A stretch of 64,000 nucleotides of DNA from a virus, in the IMG/VR virus record IMGVR_UViG_3300020403_000005, positions 20,363-84,362 of that record, one strand, 5' to 3'. The notes beneath the pieces were generated by a model, which was not told the origin of the DNA, made no database searches, and saw nothing but the letters and a program-made list of their open reading frames with translations. How positions within the stretch are numbered: position 1 is the stretch's first letter; the number at the start of each line of letters is the position of its first letter. Both the position numbers and the translations under genes were made by a program. Positions 26,270 through 37,073 of this stretch are shown one piece after another.

Positions 26270-29200
26270 TTAAAAGATAACAGGTCCAGCCGGTGGAAGG
26301 CCGCCGAAGCCGCCGAAGCCGCCGAAGCTGTTGAAGTCGAAATTGCCAAATGGGTTAAATGGGTCAATCGGCGGACAATTCCCTTTAGTAGCCGTTCTAG
26401 GCTCGGAAGCAGGAATTATAAAATCGCCAGTGGGCCTAGATACAGGCGGAGAAGGAGACAGGGTCGCGTAAGTTACAGTTGACCAACCATAGTTCTTTCT
26501 CCACTCCCAACTACCATCTGGTAGTCCTGTAATAATATCGGGGGTACTATAAATATTAGTGCCATACGTGCTTTTATCTTCTGTTGCATATAAAGATTTA
26601 TTTATATAATAAAATTGAGTAGGAGAAGACCAAGACATGCTCGCTGCGGGCTGCATACATATATTGTCTGCGGCTGGATCAGGACAACCAAAACAGTTCT
26701 GAGATGAAGCGGCTTGAATATACACATTGGTTCCAATCAACGACCTGTTTCCTGTTCCCGAAAGCGGAGAACCAGTTAGCTTGTGACCCGTATAAATCGC
26801 GCAATCAGGGTCTCCTGTCGCCTCGACAGTTCCGCTACAGCATCTTGTTCTTTCGTATTCCAGCATGTCATAAACGTAATCTCCAGTTCCATATTTAAGT
26901 GTCTTCTGATACCCATACCATTTATTAGGATTTGAATAATAATCGAAAGATTCATTTGCTATGATTATGCCACTATTATAAGTACGAGAAAGATATTCGT
27001 TTTCTAAATTAGCCCAAAGCCCAGTTAACTTTCGAATAACGGCGGGGTCTGTCATTTCTATTCCAGCGGACTCAAAGACTGATTTCAACTTAGCGCAAGA
27101 GGCTGGGTTTATACCAGTTCCTAAATTCAACATTGCTAAATGTGGATTTTCCTTTATAAAGTCTGAGCCAGTTGCGCCCATATGAGCATATGGCCTAAAT
27201 CCATTAGCGTTGTTATATATTGGTTTAGTTGAAGTTCCTGCTGGGTCGTCCAACTCTAAAACGTAAAAGTCAGAAAAATATTGACTACCACTTCTGCCTG
27301 ATATGTGATCTATCCAATTATCAAAGCATGGCTCTCTTGCTATCTGCCAACTATTATGCAAAAACATGTCGCCATAATAATACACGTTATTTTGAGGCAG
27401 CCCAGTTGGCCAATAGTCGTTTATCTCTTTGAGATTGATGTCGGTATTGAATGATCGTGGCCGCATTTTGCTGCCAATGTTTTGCTCATCTCCATTGCCT
27501 TTCAACACAACGCCAGTAAACTGATAATAACCAGTTCCCGTACTTATCCATTGAGAGTCTACATAACTTTGATGAGTTCTTTTGTCCACCCTTACGTAGT
27601 CCTTGGGTGCGCTTGATGCATAAACAGTCTCGGTTGTAGTTTGCGTTTGACCCCACGCATTCGTAGTTTCCACCTCAATAGTACCAGACTTAACATAATC
27701 TGCCCTTGTATATTTTTTGATGCTTGGGTCAGTATTGCCACCCGTCCAAAATGAATAAAATATATTATCGGGGTTCATTTTGGTGAAGATGTCCTCAGAC
27801 CTTAGTAATCTGAAGCTGCTGCCAAGATATTTTTTTATGTAATTATCCCAGCTTTCATACATCGCGTGATTTGAAAACTGATACCCAGAATGCTTTAAAT
27901 CTCCCACTAATTTAGTCTGTGATATATTAGGGCTAAGATTAGCTACTTGCCTCTCGACACCTTTGTCATCTAAGGCGTACCAAGTTGCATTCGTCAGATC
28001 AGAGTCTCTAGTCCAAACCAACCCCTGAAAAGCCTGTGCCTGTGCACTTACTCTCTTTTTAAGGGGATTTCCTGTATAAGTTAATTGCGTGTGAGTGACT
28101 GTATCAACTTCATAACTTGTAAATATTCTATGAGACGTGCTTACGTTTAAGCCCGATTGCTGAGTTCCATATCTACCAAAATAATAACCATTGTTATCCC
28201 CTCTTCGCCCAGACCAAAAATCTGGATATATAGCTCCAGAAGCACCACTCCCTAAAAAAGCCGAACCACCACTGCAACAGCCTGAAATGTCAAATAAAAT
28301 TGTACTAGTATTAGTTGGACTACTTGGATCAGTAGCCCCTCTACTTTTTACCCTGCCTATTTGCTCTAGTCTGAATTCATACCAATCTGGATCATCAAGC
28401 TCTGGGTAATGCTGGCCATCAAGCATGAATTTCCCAGATGGATTTGGATGCATTCCGCTATAATAAACCCACGAACCATTATTGAATTGAGTTTGATTAC
28501 TTTCTACTTGCCATCCGCCAGTATCTTCAAAGATTAACTTAGCTCCCGTGGGTAAAAAATCCACCATTATATACTCAATCCCAGCTACAGACTTTTTATC
28601 CATCAATGGGTGAGCATTAGACAACATATGTTTGCCATTATGTCCATCCCAATCATACGGCTCACGGCCTATTGTCCAAAAATTCTCCTGACCATCGCCA
28701 AGACGAGGTCTTAATGAATATATACTGTGCTCTTCCCAATACCCACTGCCAGACATGGGCCAGAACAAATGTCCATATGGGGTTTCTAACATATCTCCAG
28801 ATTTCAGATTCCAGTTATTTTCTATCGTCCACGCTCCGGTTTGAGTCCAATCTCTATAAAATTCTACTTCTAATTTTTTTCCAGCGGGGATTTTTAATAT
28901 TTTTGTGTTTCTAGTGTAAAACCAATCTCCATTACCATTGGTGGTTCCAGTGGTTCTTTCTTTGTACATGCATGAAATTTTGCCTCCCCCCGTGGGAACA
29001 AGGTCTACAATGTATTTATTCTGAGGGTTAGTAACCGTACTGCCATCGATACCGCTCCAGTATTGACCTTCCTTTATTTTTACTATATCTGGCCCAAATA
29101 AACCTCCGGTTACATACTCGGTACGTCTTTCTTCAGAAATGTTAGAAAATCTTGCATCGTGATTAAATACATATCCACTTTTATCAATATTTTTATTTAT

Positions 29201-32200
29201 AGGAGCAGAAGAATGAGTTCCAGATTGGCTCCCTAAAACGATCCATCCGGTTGGCTGAATGTCTACATAAGCTTCTCCTGCTGCGCCCCCAGATGGCACA
29301 CCGTAAAATAGTTCGACACAGGAGGTAAATCCATAGGATGTTTGGGTACAAAACCCAGTATTATTCATGTCTCTGGGGGTTTCAGGGCTTGGAATCTCTT
29401 GAAGCCCCGTAAAATCCTTCATAGTGTCCCAATTATTTATCCAACCACCACCACCCCCCGCTGGATATCCAGGTTCTTCATAAGTAGTGCCATTATAGTA
29501 ATCAGTGTACTCGTTCACATGCCACAATGGAGAACCAGAAAATAATTCACCAGTGCTACGACCAGCAAACCCAGCCCCCCAATCATACAGGTTAACAGCA
29601 GCCCCGTAGTCGAACAGCGGCATTGAGCTAGAACGACCATCAAATAAAGTTCCAGCAAAGAATGTTGCTGCTTGTGCGCGGTAAATGTCAACGACCTGCC
29701 CGTAAGCGTTGGTGGTGCCCATGCCTGGGAAGGCTACATTTAGTGGTATATTAGGGTTAGTTTCCGCTCGAAGGCCGCTTCCAGTTGGTATTCTATGCAA
29801 AATCCCAGTGCTCGAATTTGTGGTTTCTAACACCGAATATAAACTTGTAACTCCTATAGGGTTAACAGAATGTTTACCGAATCCGTATGCGGACCAATCA
29901 AAGTAGTTGGGGCTTTCCTGTATACTAGTGTTATTTCTATGCCATTGACCGTCTCGGCTGTAGTACGCTATATGCCAATTACCTCTATTTAACCCTAGGT
30001 TTTCCCAGTATCCGTATTCTGGCATTTCCTCACTTGTGCCGCCTTCAGGCGACCCGCGCAAGTACCTTGCCGCGCTCGTACTATGAATATTTGGATAAAC
30101 ATTTTGAAATCTTACAGCGTGTGAACCCGCATCTCTATAATAATTGTCACCGGCCCAATGCGGTATACCTCGCCTATCCGATCTATAATGAGTCATTGGC
30201 TTGTGAGTAAGCCCCATAATCGGATACGCCCAATGACTCAATTCGGAAACATATTGAGAATTTAACCACTCTTTAAGCAGTGGAGTTTTATTGTCATCAG
30301 CGACTTGCCCAAAAAAATAATCAGAGTCTTCAAGTAGCTCTTTTCTCACTACTCGGTCCCTGTCTAGCCACCCATAGCTGCCGTCTTTAATCTGCATTAG
30401 TTCACTATTATCTTGGCTTTCGATAAAATATTTACCCGCGAATGAAATCCCAGTTACATTGCCAGTGTGCAAGGGAAACTTTTGATTTATATCATCTAAA
30501 GAATGATAGTTGTAAATTTTTGTTCTATTTGGTGTTACAACCGCTTCTCCCTCGGTTACCGAGCCTCCCCACTGATTTCCATCCCAATATATATCCACAG
30601 ACATAGAAGGATACGATCCAGTTATACCGCAAAGATTAAAAGGTACACCGTAAGTTGCAAGCTGATAATCTGTATTTGAGTCAAAATAACCCATTCCAGA
30701 ACCCACTCTCACTATTTTATCACCATCTGTAGCGAGCAAATACTTTCTGTCTGACGAGTTTTGGATTCTAGTTGCGTGGTAAGGTTTGTAATCTAAACTG
30801 GAAGCTGGATCAACAATTTCATATACTGGTATGGCAGAACCAGTTGTACCCACGTACACGGCTTCTACACCTGATCCGCTTCCAGTTAAATTGTACCTTC
30901 CACTTGCTACGTCAAAAGAAATGTTGTTATTTACATCTTTGACTCTACCTATGTAAGCCGCGCCAAAGGTAACGTCTCCGCTCTTCCAGCCACTCCTAAT
31001 AGAGGCTTGAGATCGATAATCATTCAAGAAGTTGGCCCCTTGTTCTTGCGTGGCGGCGGGTGCTCGATCATACGGCGAATTAGCTACCAACGCCCAAGAT
31101 GCCGTACCCCTAGCCTGTGCTGCCACAGCCTCTTCCTTCTCCGCGTAGCTGTAGGGGTGCAGTTTTGCCAACTCCGCCAGAGAAGGAGGGAGGTCGAATG
31201 CAGACAAAAAACCGCTACTTTGCAAATATAAACCCGATATATCGATTACTGCACTTGCTCGCCCTGACCCCTGTAACGGCGAGTAGACGCCAGCCCTCCG
31301 TGGATCATCGTCGTCAAACACCAGCCAACTATTATAATCATGTCTTTGCAAACCAGAATAACCAGTGATAAAATCCCCACACTTGTAGCCACCGCTGTAA
31401 CCAAGCTCTAGCTGACCGTAAACTCTTTCCAAGTCTAGAGATGATAGATGCTCGATACCCTTGCAGTAATCTTCCACAATCGAAGCTTTAAAGACTTTAT
31501 TATTGTAATGATGGTCTCCCTGCCTATATCTACCCATCATTGGTAATTCTGGATCGGCCATGCAATTCACTTTACCCTGCCTGAAAAGACCCAAGTTCAA
31601 ACCACCATGAAATATAAAACCTTCAGACATACACGAAGCAGAATCATAATAATTATCCGCTAAGTTGCTGATTCCATGCCAGCCCTTCATTCTTTTATCA
31701 AAAATTACATAATCATCATAACCAGAAAAATTAGCTGTTATGAAACGCCGAGTCTCCGCATTCAAATAATAGAAATCGCTTGCGGTAGTAACCCAACGAG
31801 AGCCGCCGCTAAACGGAATATACAATAAATCCGCATAGCCACTTCTGTTTGAAAAAGCGGAGGAAACGCTTCGACCCATGCCCCGAAAACCCCCCCTAGG
31901 TATAGGATGCTGCAAACACAAATCTTTTTTAATAAAATTCTGATATTTTATAGGACTGTACTCACACCCCCAACCCTCTGTGTAATAAGTTCTAACTATT
32001 TCACTTCTACCGAAAAAAGAATTATCCGAAGTAAATCCAGCGTTATCCCACAAAGCCATCTTCGCAGCGAATGCGTCTTTTCCAGATTCATTTGATATTT
32101 CCCAAGTCCCTCTGGGATGATGGTTAGGGTCATTGTATCTAAGATTTCCATCGGTTGGACCAGTTCCAGCATAGCCAATCTCGGCGTTTCTGCTTTGGCT

Positions 32201-33478
32201 ACTATAACCGTAGCGAAGGGCGAATGCATCGGAATCTGGCATTGCGTATCCAGTTTTTAATACCTTGCTTATGTAAGGAACTTGATACGAAGCAACTCCG
32301 TTTGCAACTGTAATACCCGAAACAGGAAATGGTTCAAAAGTATTAGCGTTTGGCGTATTTGAACGTTTAAATGTGAAACTTTTATACGGTCGATTATTAC
32401 GGTGAACGCCACTTGCATAACCAATCATCTCCCACTGACTAAGGCTGAGATTAAAGGGTTGCTCGCTTTCCGAGCGACCAAGATAAGCCTCACCAGTTAT
32501 AGTGTTCCAAGCCGCACCAGAAAGACCAAGACACTCTTTCGAAGCAAATTTAACGTATAATCCATCTTCAGACTGCCTTGTACTGCTTGTTACGCCTCCC
32601 AAAAACCACTGATTCCGCCAATCAAAGCTATCAATCCCGTTACGAACAGAAAAACCCATTTGATTAGCATTTATATTATAAGTAACATTACTTTTTTCTA
32701 ATACGGCAAAGGTATAATCTAAATTGTATGCAGCAGGAAAATTTTCATTTCTGCAAGCGATTCCGCGCTGAGTGCTTGCTATAAACTTATTATCATTAGA
32801 GTCTGTTATTGCGAACATTCCCAACAACTGACTGTTTGAATTTACATAATCACAATTTTCAAGGAGGTGAGCGTTTCCAGCATTAATTTTGGGTAAAGGA
32901 CTATAGTCAGCAGCATAAAAACTTTTAAAATCGGAATTTTCAAAATATGGAATATAAGAAGTTTCAGAATAAGTATATGTAGGATTACCTAAATAATCGT
33001 CCGGTCCAGTAAATGGTCCGCCAGTTGTCCATGTAAAAGGAGCCTTATACAAGGTCGTGCCAGAGCAGCCGCTTTCGCAACCATGCCACCCGCTCGCATG
33101 GTCCTGAGTGCCGTGTAAATTGCCCCAACCTGGCGATGCCTCAAGTGGGGTTATAAAATCTGGAGTGTAGTCGATTCCAGTTAAGGCTGCATCAGTCCAG
33201 CCTTCATAAAGTCCAAGATATACAGGACTACTGTACAAAAGCGTTCCGCATGCATTAGTATTAATTCTAAGTCCAGTTGCCCCATGCGGGTCATAACTTG
33301 CAACAGAATTTAAACCACTCCAACTATTATCCAGCACATATCTTTGCTTGTTGCAAGAGCCGCAAGTCCAACAAGCATTAGAATACCAAGGAATCTGAGG
33401 ACTATTACTGCCGGTTCTCCAAGCATTGTTTATAATCCTACAGTCGCACCCGTAACCTATGTGATAACTCTTTGGCAT
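26270..33478 (-). CDS. very large tail or virion protein (2402 aa), putative fibre or receptor-binding protein
   Basis: Last gene of the tail operon; G/S/T/aromatic-rich with Cys-rich termini. Confidence 0.6.
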   Translation of the reverse strand: MPKSYHIGYGCDCRIINNAWRTGSNSPQIPWYSNACWTCGSCNKQRYVLDNSWSGLNSVASYDPHGATGLRINTNACGTLLYSSPVYLGLYEGWTDAALTGIDYTPDFITPLEASPGWGNLHGTQDHASGWHGCESGCSGTTLYKAPFTWTTGGPFTGPDDYLGNPTYTYSETSYIPYFENSDFKSFYAADYSPLPKINAGNAHLLENCDYVNSNSQLLGMFAITDSNDNKFIASTQRGIACRNENFPAAYNLDYTFAVLEKSNVTYNINANQMGFSVRNGIDSFDWRNQWFLGGVTSSTRQSEDGLYVKFASKECLGLSGAAWNTITGEAYLGRSESEQPFNLSLSQWEMIGYASGVHRNNRPYKSFTFKRSNTPNANTFEPFPVSGITVANGVASYQVPYISKVLKTGYAMPDSDAFALRYGYSSQSRNAEIGYAGTGPTDGNLRYNDPNHHPRGTWEISNESGKDAFAAKMALWDNAGFTSDNSFFGRSEIVRTYYTEGWGCEYSPIKYQNFIKKDLCLQHPIPRGGFRGMGRSVSSAFSNRSGYADLLYIPFSGGSRWVTTASDFYYLNAETRRFITANFSGYDDYVIFDKRMKGWHGISNLADNYYDSASCMSEGFIFHGGLNLGLFRQGKVNCMADPELPMMGRYRQGDHHYNNKVFKASIVEDYCKGIEHLSSLDLERVYGQLELGYSGGYKCGDFITGYSGLQRHDYNSWLVFDDDDPRRAGVYSPLQGSGRASAVIDISGLYLQSSGFLSAFDLPPSLAELAKLHPYSYAEKEEAVAAQARGTASWALVANSPYDRAPAATQEQGANFLNDYRSQASIRSGWKSGDVTFGAAYIGRVKDVNNNISFDVASGRYNLTGSGSGVEAVYVGTTGSAIPVYEIVDPASSLDYKPYHATRIQNSSDRKYLLATDGDKIVRVGSGMGYFDSNTDYQLATYGVPFNLCGITGSYPSMSVDIYWDGNQWGGSVTEGEAVVTPNRTKIYNYHSLDDINQKFPLHTGNVTGISFAGKYFIESQDNSELMQIKDGSYGWLDRDRVVRKELLEDSDYFFGQVADDNKTPLLKEWLNSQYVSELSHWAYPIMGLTHKPMTHYRSDRRGIPHWAGDNYYRDAGSHAVRFQNVYPNIHSTSAARYLRGSPEGGTSEEMPEYGYWENLGLNRGNWHIAYYSRDGQWHRNNTSIQESPNYFDWSAYGFGKHSVNPIGVTSLYSVLETTNSSTGILHRIPTGSGLRAETNPNIPLNVAFPGMGTTNAYGQVVDIYRAQAATFFAGTLFDGRSSSMPLFDYGAAVNLYDWGAGFAGRSTGELFSGSPLWHVNEYTDYYNGTTYEEPGYPAGGGGGWINNWDTMKDFTGLQEIPSPETPRDMNNTGFCTQTSYGFTSCVELFYGVPSGGAAGEAYVDIQPTGWIVLGSQSGTHSSAPINKNIDKSGYVFNHDARFSNISEERRTEYVTGGLFGPDIVKIKEGQYWSGIDGSTVTNPQNKYIVDLVPTGGGKISCMYKERTTGTTNGNGDWFYTRNTKILKIPAGKKLEVEFYRDWTQTGAWTIENNWNLKSGDMLETPYGHLFWPMSGSGYWEEHSIYSLRPRLGDGQENFWTIGREPYDWDGHNGKHMLSNAHPLMDKKSVAGIEYIMVDFLPTGAKLIFEDTGGWQVESNQTQFNNGSWVYYSGMHPNPSGKFMLDGQHYPELDDPDWYEFRLEQIGRVKSRGATDPSSPTNTSTILFDISGCCSGGSAFLGSGASGAIYPDFWSGRRGDNNGYYFGRYGTQQSGLNVSTSHRIFTSYEVDTVTHTQLTYTGNPLKKRVSAQAQAFQGLVWTRDSDLTNATWYALDDKGVERQVANLSPNISQTKLVGDLKHSGYQFSNHAMYESWDNYIKKYLGSSFRLLRSEDIFTKMNPDNIFYSFWTGGNTDPSIKKYTRADYVKSGTIEVETTNAWGQTQTTTETVYASSAPKDYVRVDKRTHQSYVDSQWISTGTGYYQFTGVVLKGNGDEQNIGSKMRPRSFNTDINLKEINDYWPTGLPQNNVYYYGDMFLHNSWQIAREPCFDNWIDHISGRSGSQYFSDFYVLELDDPAGTSTKPIYNNANGFRPYAHMGATGSDFIKENPHLAMLNLGTGINPASCAKLKSVFESAGIEMTDPAVIRKLTGLWANLENEYLSRTYNSGIIIANESFDYYSNPNKWYGYQKTLKYGTGDYVYDMLEYERTRCCSGTVEATGDPDCAIYTGHKLTGSPLSGTGNRSLIGTNVYIQAASSQNCFGCPDPAADNICMQPAASMSWSSPTQFYYINKSLYATEDKSTYGTNIYSTPDIITGLPDGSWEWRKNYGWSTVTYATLSPSPPVSRPTGDFIIPASEPRTATKGNCPPIDPFNPFGNFDFNSFGGFGGFGGLPPAGPVIF

Positions 33479-33493
33479 AAGTCTTTAAATGTG

Positions 33494-34384
33494 TTAGCAG
33501 CCAGACTTAAATAAAATTTTGCCGTCCACGTCTGCTCCCTCTATGCATAAATTAATACACTGTTCTTTGTATCCAGCGGGTACACCTCCGCCACCGCCGC
33601 CGCCACCTGAAGTAGTCCAGCTTTTTCCTGCCCTATTTTCATCTATTAAAAAATCCGCTAATTTTATGCATCCACTTCCCTGCAAGTCACCCCAAGACAT
33701 TCCCTCGAAAGGATTGCAAGTCTCCTCGTCATGCCCAGAAAGCCTGATTCCGGTTGAGCTATTGGTTACATCGAGTCTATGAATCGCAGTTCTAATTGCG
33801 TGTCGATACAATCTAAAAGTATCAGACGTGGCATCTCCAACATAATAAGAATTCCCTATATTACCAAACTCATCAACAAATGTCGCTATGTCTGCGTTTG
33901 TGAATCCGTGCTGAAATCTAGTAAAAGTATCAGTATTCGCGTCCGAAACTATTCCAGTAATCGCGACTCCTGTTCCAGTGGGGCAACAAGAAAAATTCCA
34001 GTAATCTTTTGTTACGCTTGTGGATGTTTGCGTACTATCTGATACTTTTTTTGTTATATATATCTCTTCCCCAGATTCATAAGAAGGGGTAATCCACTGC
34101 TGCGTTCCTGACCCTATTAAATCTTGCGATACAACGGGGGGGTCAGTTCTTGCTTTTGTTTCGCTACCCTTCCTAGACTGAGAGTTTAATCTAATATAAT
34201 CTCCTCCGCCATAGTAATCCATAGTACGTAAACCTATGGGTTTAGACACGGCGACTTTTATGTTTGTTTTATTACCGCTAGAGTCAAATCCCAGTATAGT
34301 ACATATTAGAAAATCGTCACATATCTCTACCACTCTAGCTTTTTGCGATTCTTGCTTTGATAAATCTATAGTTTCAAATGCCAT
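33494..34384 (-). CDS. tail-associated protein
   Basis: Position in the tail operon; poly-Gly linker near the C-terminus. Confidence 0.55.
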   Translation of the reverse strand: MAFETIDLSKQESQKARVVEICDDFLICTILGFDSSGNKTNIKVAVSKPIGLRTMDYYGGGDYIRLNSQSRKGSETKARTDPPVVSQDLIGSGTQQWITPSYESGEEIYITKKVSDSTQTSTSVTKDYWNFSCCPTGTGVAITGIVSDANTDTFTRFQHGFTNADIATFVDEFGNIGNSYYVGDATSDTFRLYRHAIRTAIHRLDVTNSSTGIRLSGHDEETCNPFEGMSWGDLQGSGCIKLADFLIDENRAGKSWTTSGGGGGGGGVPAGYKEQCINLCIEGADVDGKILFKSGC

Positions 34385-37071
34385 TATACTACCACTCCTG
34401 TTATAGTTTTAGTTAAGTTTAAGCTTCCGGAGCCGCTCAAGTGCAAAGTAGCATTCGCGCTGTTAAGCTGCAAAACTTCGCCAGTTACCAAAGGTAAGCC
34501 GCTCTTTTGGACGAAAACCGAGTGGCTACCAGAGGCTCCAGTTCCATACAAATAAGTAACTGCGTCAACGTCGCAACCGATCATTCCACTGATTTTTTCT
34601 GTTAAGTTGGTTTTAGTTGACGATGGATTTAAATTTACACCCGCGTCCTGCCATAAATTTTGTCCGCTGTTATAAAGATTAGTTAATTTAGTTACGCAGC
34701 CAGTGTGAGTAACAGAATTTGCATTAAATTGATTACTGATTCCCAAGGCCAAACCGATGCTATGAGCAGAAACCATATCGACACTAAACCCAGTTGCTCT
34801 GATGTAAGAGGCCGACGAATCATCATAATACGTTCCAGATGTTTCATTTCTCCATTTTTCTGCTGTAGAAAGAAATATATTGCTACCGCTAGAACCACTC
34901 GTGCCAAAGTTGTTGCCAGAGACAGGAAGATTAACGTGACTAATGTTTATTCCAGTAGACGCGCCTATTCTTATGTCTCCTATATTATTTGTTCCTACCG
35001 CATAAGTAGAACCAACAGAAGTACCAGTTGTTGACTCTAAACCTAAATTTATAAAGTTTAAAGTCAACCCAGTATAAGCAAATTCGAAAGCCCCCTTCCA
35101 CATATCAAAAGAAGAGCCAAACATACCCGTCATGTCAGCAAAAGACAGTGCTGGATACTGAGCTAAATAATCACCAACCTGTCTAATTTCGCCGCCTACT
35201 ACCGAATCTCCAGAAGTGCCGCTTTGTATATAGCTATATTTAATATCGACACTAGCTGGACTTCCTTGTAAAACTTGACCAGTAACAGCTTCTTTAATTT
35301 TATTAATTACTGGCATATTTTTCATTGTGTAGCTTTTAGAAATACTAGGTGGATTTTCGTAAAGCCTACCGTAAGTAGTATTTTTTGTATGAGAGCCAGT
35401 TAAATAATTATTTATTATCTTTAGATCAACGCCAGATATATAACGATCAAAGATTGCGGTTGGTTTTACGTATCTTAATTTTAATTTTATATTAGACTCA
35501 GAAGTTGTTGAAGAATTAAAATAAGAACCAGTTACAACCCTGTCTCCTTGCGGGTGATTTACTTCGTTGGATTCTCCGGTGGTTACCCCGCTCCAAAAGC
35601 CTTGAGTATTAAAATTATAAAAACCACCAGTAAACGCGCCAGTTGAAACATCCCACATACCAGTAACGACCCTAGAAACTTTATCACCAGTAGCCGTCAA
35701 AGGAACCGCTCTAGCTGATTTAATGCTATTGTCGAATAGGTATAAAATATTGTCGTAATTTCCAGAAGTATAAAGATAACTACTTGGAGAAGATTCTAAA
35801 GTATTGTCGAATTCGTGACTACCAACTGCTTGAGAATAACCAGAAGATAATTTACTCGGCCTAACATTTAAAGAGTCAACATAAGCACCAAATATATATG
35901 GATAGCTAGAATATTCACCACCACTAAAACCGATGTTAATTTTTGTGGGGTCCATATACTCCCCGCTGCTTGTCAAGTTAACCCCAACTATAGTTTTAAA
36001 TGTAACCGTATCGTAAACCGGAGAATCTGGCGCACCACTGTACCACAGCCTCGCGGTCATAAAGTCTTTCATTACGGCTGTTCCAGACGCCTGAGAATCA
36101 TTAGAGTTGTCAGAAGTAAACGTAACCGTCGGCGTTCCCGTGAATAAAAGATTGGCCGCGTTAGCCATTTGAACGCCAGTTACTTTGTGTCCATTATAAA
36201 AGATTCCAGTTGTACCAGACGAGTGCTTTAATGAAACTGTAATTGGCTTTGATGTAATTTCAGAATAATTTTTATACAAATCATACTCTAAAGTATAATT
36301 TTGAGAATTGTAGTTTTGTGTACCAGAGCTAACTGATATTTTATACCCAGAAAGAGCACCGCCAGTTAAACTATCATCTGCGTTAACCAAATCAAAAGAA
36401 GAGCCTTCTGTCGGGTCTTGCAGGGACGCTACTGATGTAAAATCTTTTGATATCGTTCCAAAGTTTGTATACAAGTCAACTTCGAAAGTATAATCTTTGT
36501 TTAAAACTGTTTCGCCTGTAGATTGTATTTTGATTGGCAAACTTCCAGTTCTACTGGTTTCTAATCCAGTTATAATAAAATGTTTAGGGGAATTTACCTT
36601 ACCAGAAAAAACTTGAAAATTATAATTTGAGTCTACGCTAGAGAGGGTTCCACTCAACGCCCCCGTATGAGTAAAAGTAGACGGGTAAGCCAAAGAGTAT
36701 TCGTATTTGTCGGTATTTACTTTGATGTCAGATGTTATGCTACACCCAGAAGAGTCTAAATAAAAACCTTGAATTTTTGTTGGTGTTTTTGTTCCTGCAT
36801 AAGATACTGGGTAGCCATTAAATGAGTATTGATATTTAGACCCAGATATAGCTCCATTTATAGTAAAATTTTCTCCGCTGGAATAAGATGAAAAATATAC
36901 ATTATTAGGGTCATATATTTTCCCACCATAAAAAGAAAACCCGCACTTGGTTCCTTCTCCAGAAAACCCAAATACACCAGAGCCACTAGCGTTACTTATG
37001 GAACCATTAAAAGAAAAAGTAATTCCACTTCTGTCCACTAAAGACCTAAATTTTGCTCCAGAAAAATTCAT
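34384..37071 (-). CDS. tail protein with a degenerate M10 metalloprotease-like domain
   Basis: [ST]G-rich; DIRIG...VSAHSIGLALGI...DAVTYLYG. Confidence 0.6.
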   Translation of the reverse strand: MNFSGAKFRSLVDRSGITFSFNGSISNASGSGVFGFSGEGTKCGFSFYGGKIYDPNNVYFSSYSSGENFTINGAISGSKYQYSFNGYPVSYAGTKTPTKIQGFYLDSSGCSITSDIKVNTDKYEYSLAYPSTFTHTGALSGTLSSVDSNYNFQVFSGKVNSPKHFIITGLETSRTGSLPIKIQSTGETVLNKDYTFEVDLYTNFGTISKDFTSVASLQDPTEGSSFDLVNADDSLTGGALSGYKISVSSGTQNYNSQNYTLEYDLYKNYSEITSKPITVSLKHSSGTTGIFYNGHKVTGVQMANAANLLFTGTPTVTFTSDNSNDSQASGTAVMKDFMTARLWYSGAPDSPVYDTVTFKTIVGVNLTSSGEYMDPTKINIGFSGGEYSSYPYIFGAYVDSLNVRPSKLSSGYSQAVGSHEFDNTLESSPSSYLYTSGNYDNILYLFDNSIKSARAVPLTATGDKVSRVVTGMWDVSTGAFTGGFYNFNTQGFWSGVTTGESNEVNHPQGDRVVTGSYFNSSTTSESNIKLKLRYVKPTAIFDRYISGVDLKIINNYLTGSHTKNTTYGRLYENPPSISKSYTMKNMPVINKIKEAVTGQVLQGSPASVDIKYSYIQSGTSGDSVVGGEIRQVGDYLAQYPALSFADMTGMFGSSFDMWKGAFEFAYTGLTLNFINLGLESTTGTSVGSTYAVGTNNIGDIRIGASTGINISHVNLPVSGNNFGTSGSSGSNIFLSTAEKWRNETSGTYYDDSSASYIRATGFSVDMVSAHSIGLALGISNQFNANSVTHTGCVTKLTNLYNSGQNLWQDAGVNLNPSSTKTNLTEKISGMIGCDVDAVTYLYGTGASGSHSVFVQKSGLPLVTGEVLQLNSANATLHLSGSGSLNLTKTITGVVV

Positions 37072-37073
37072 AG

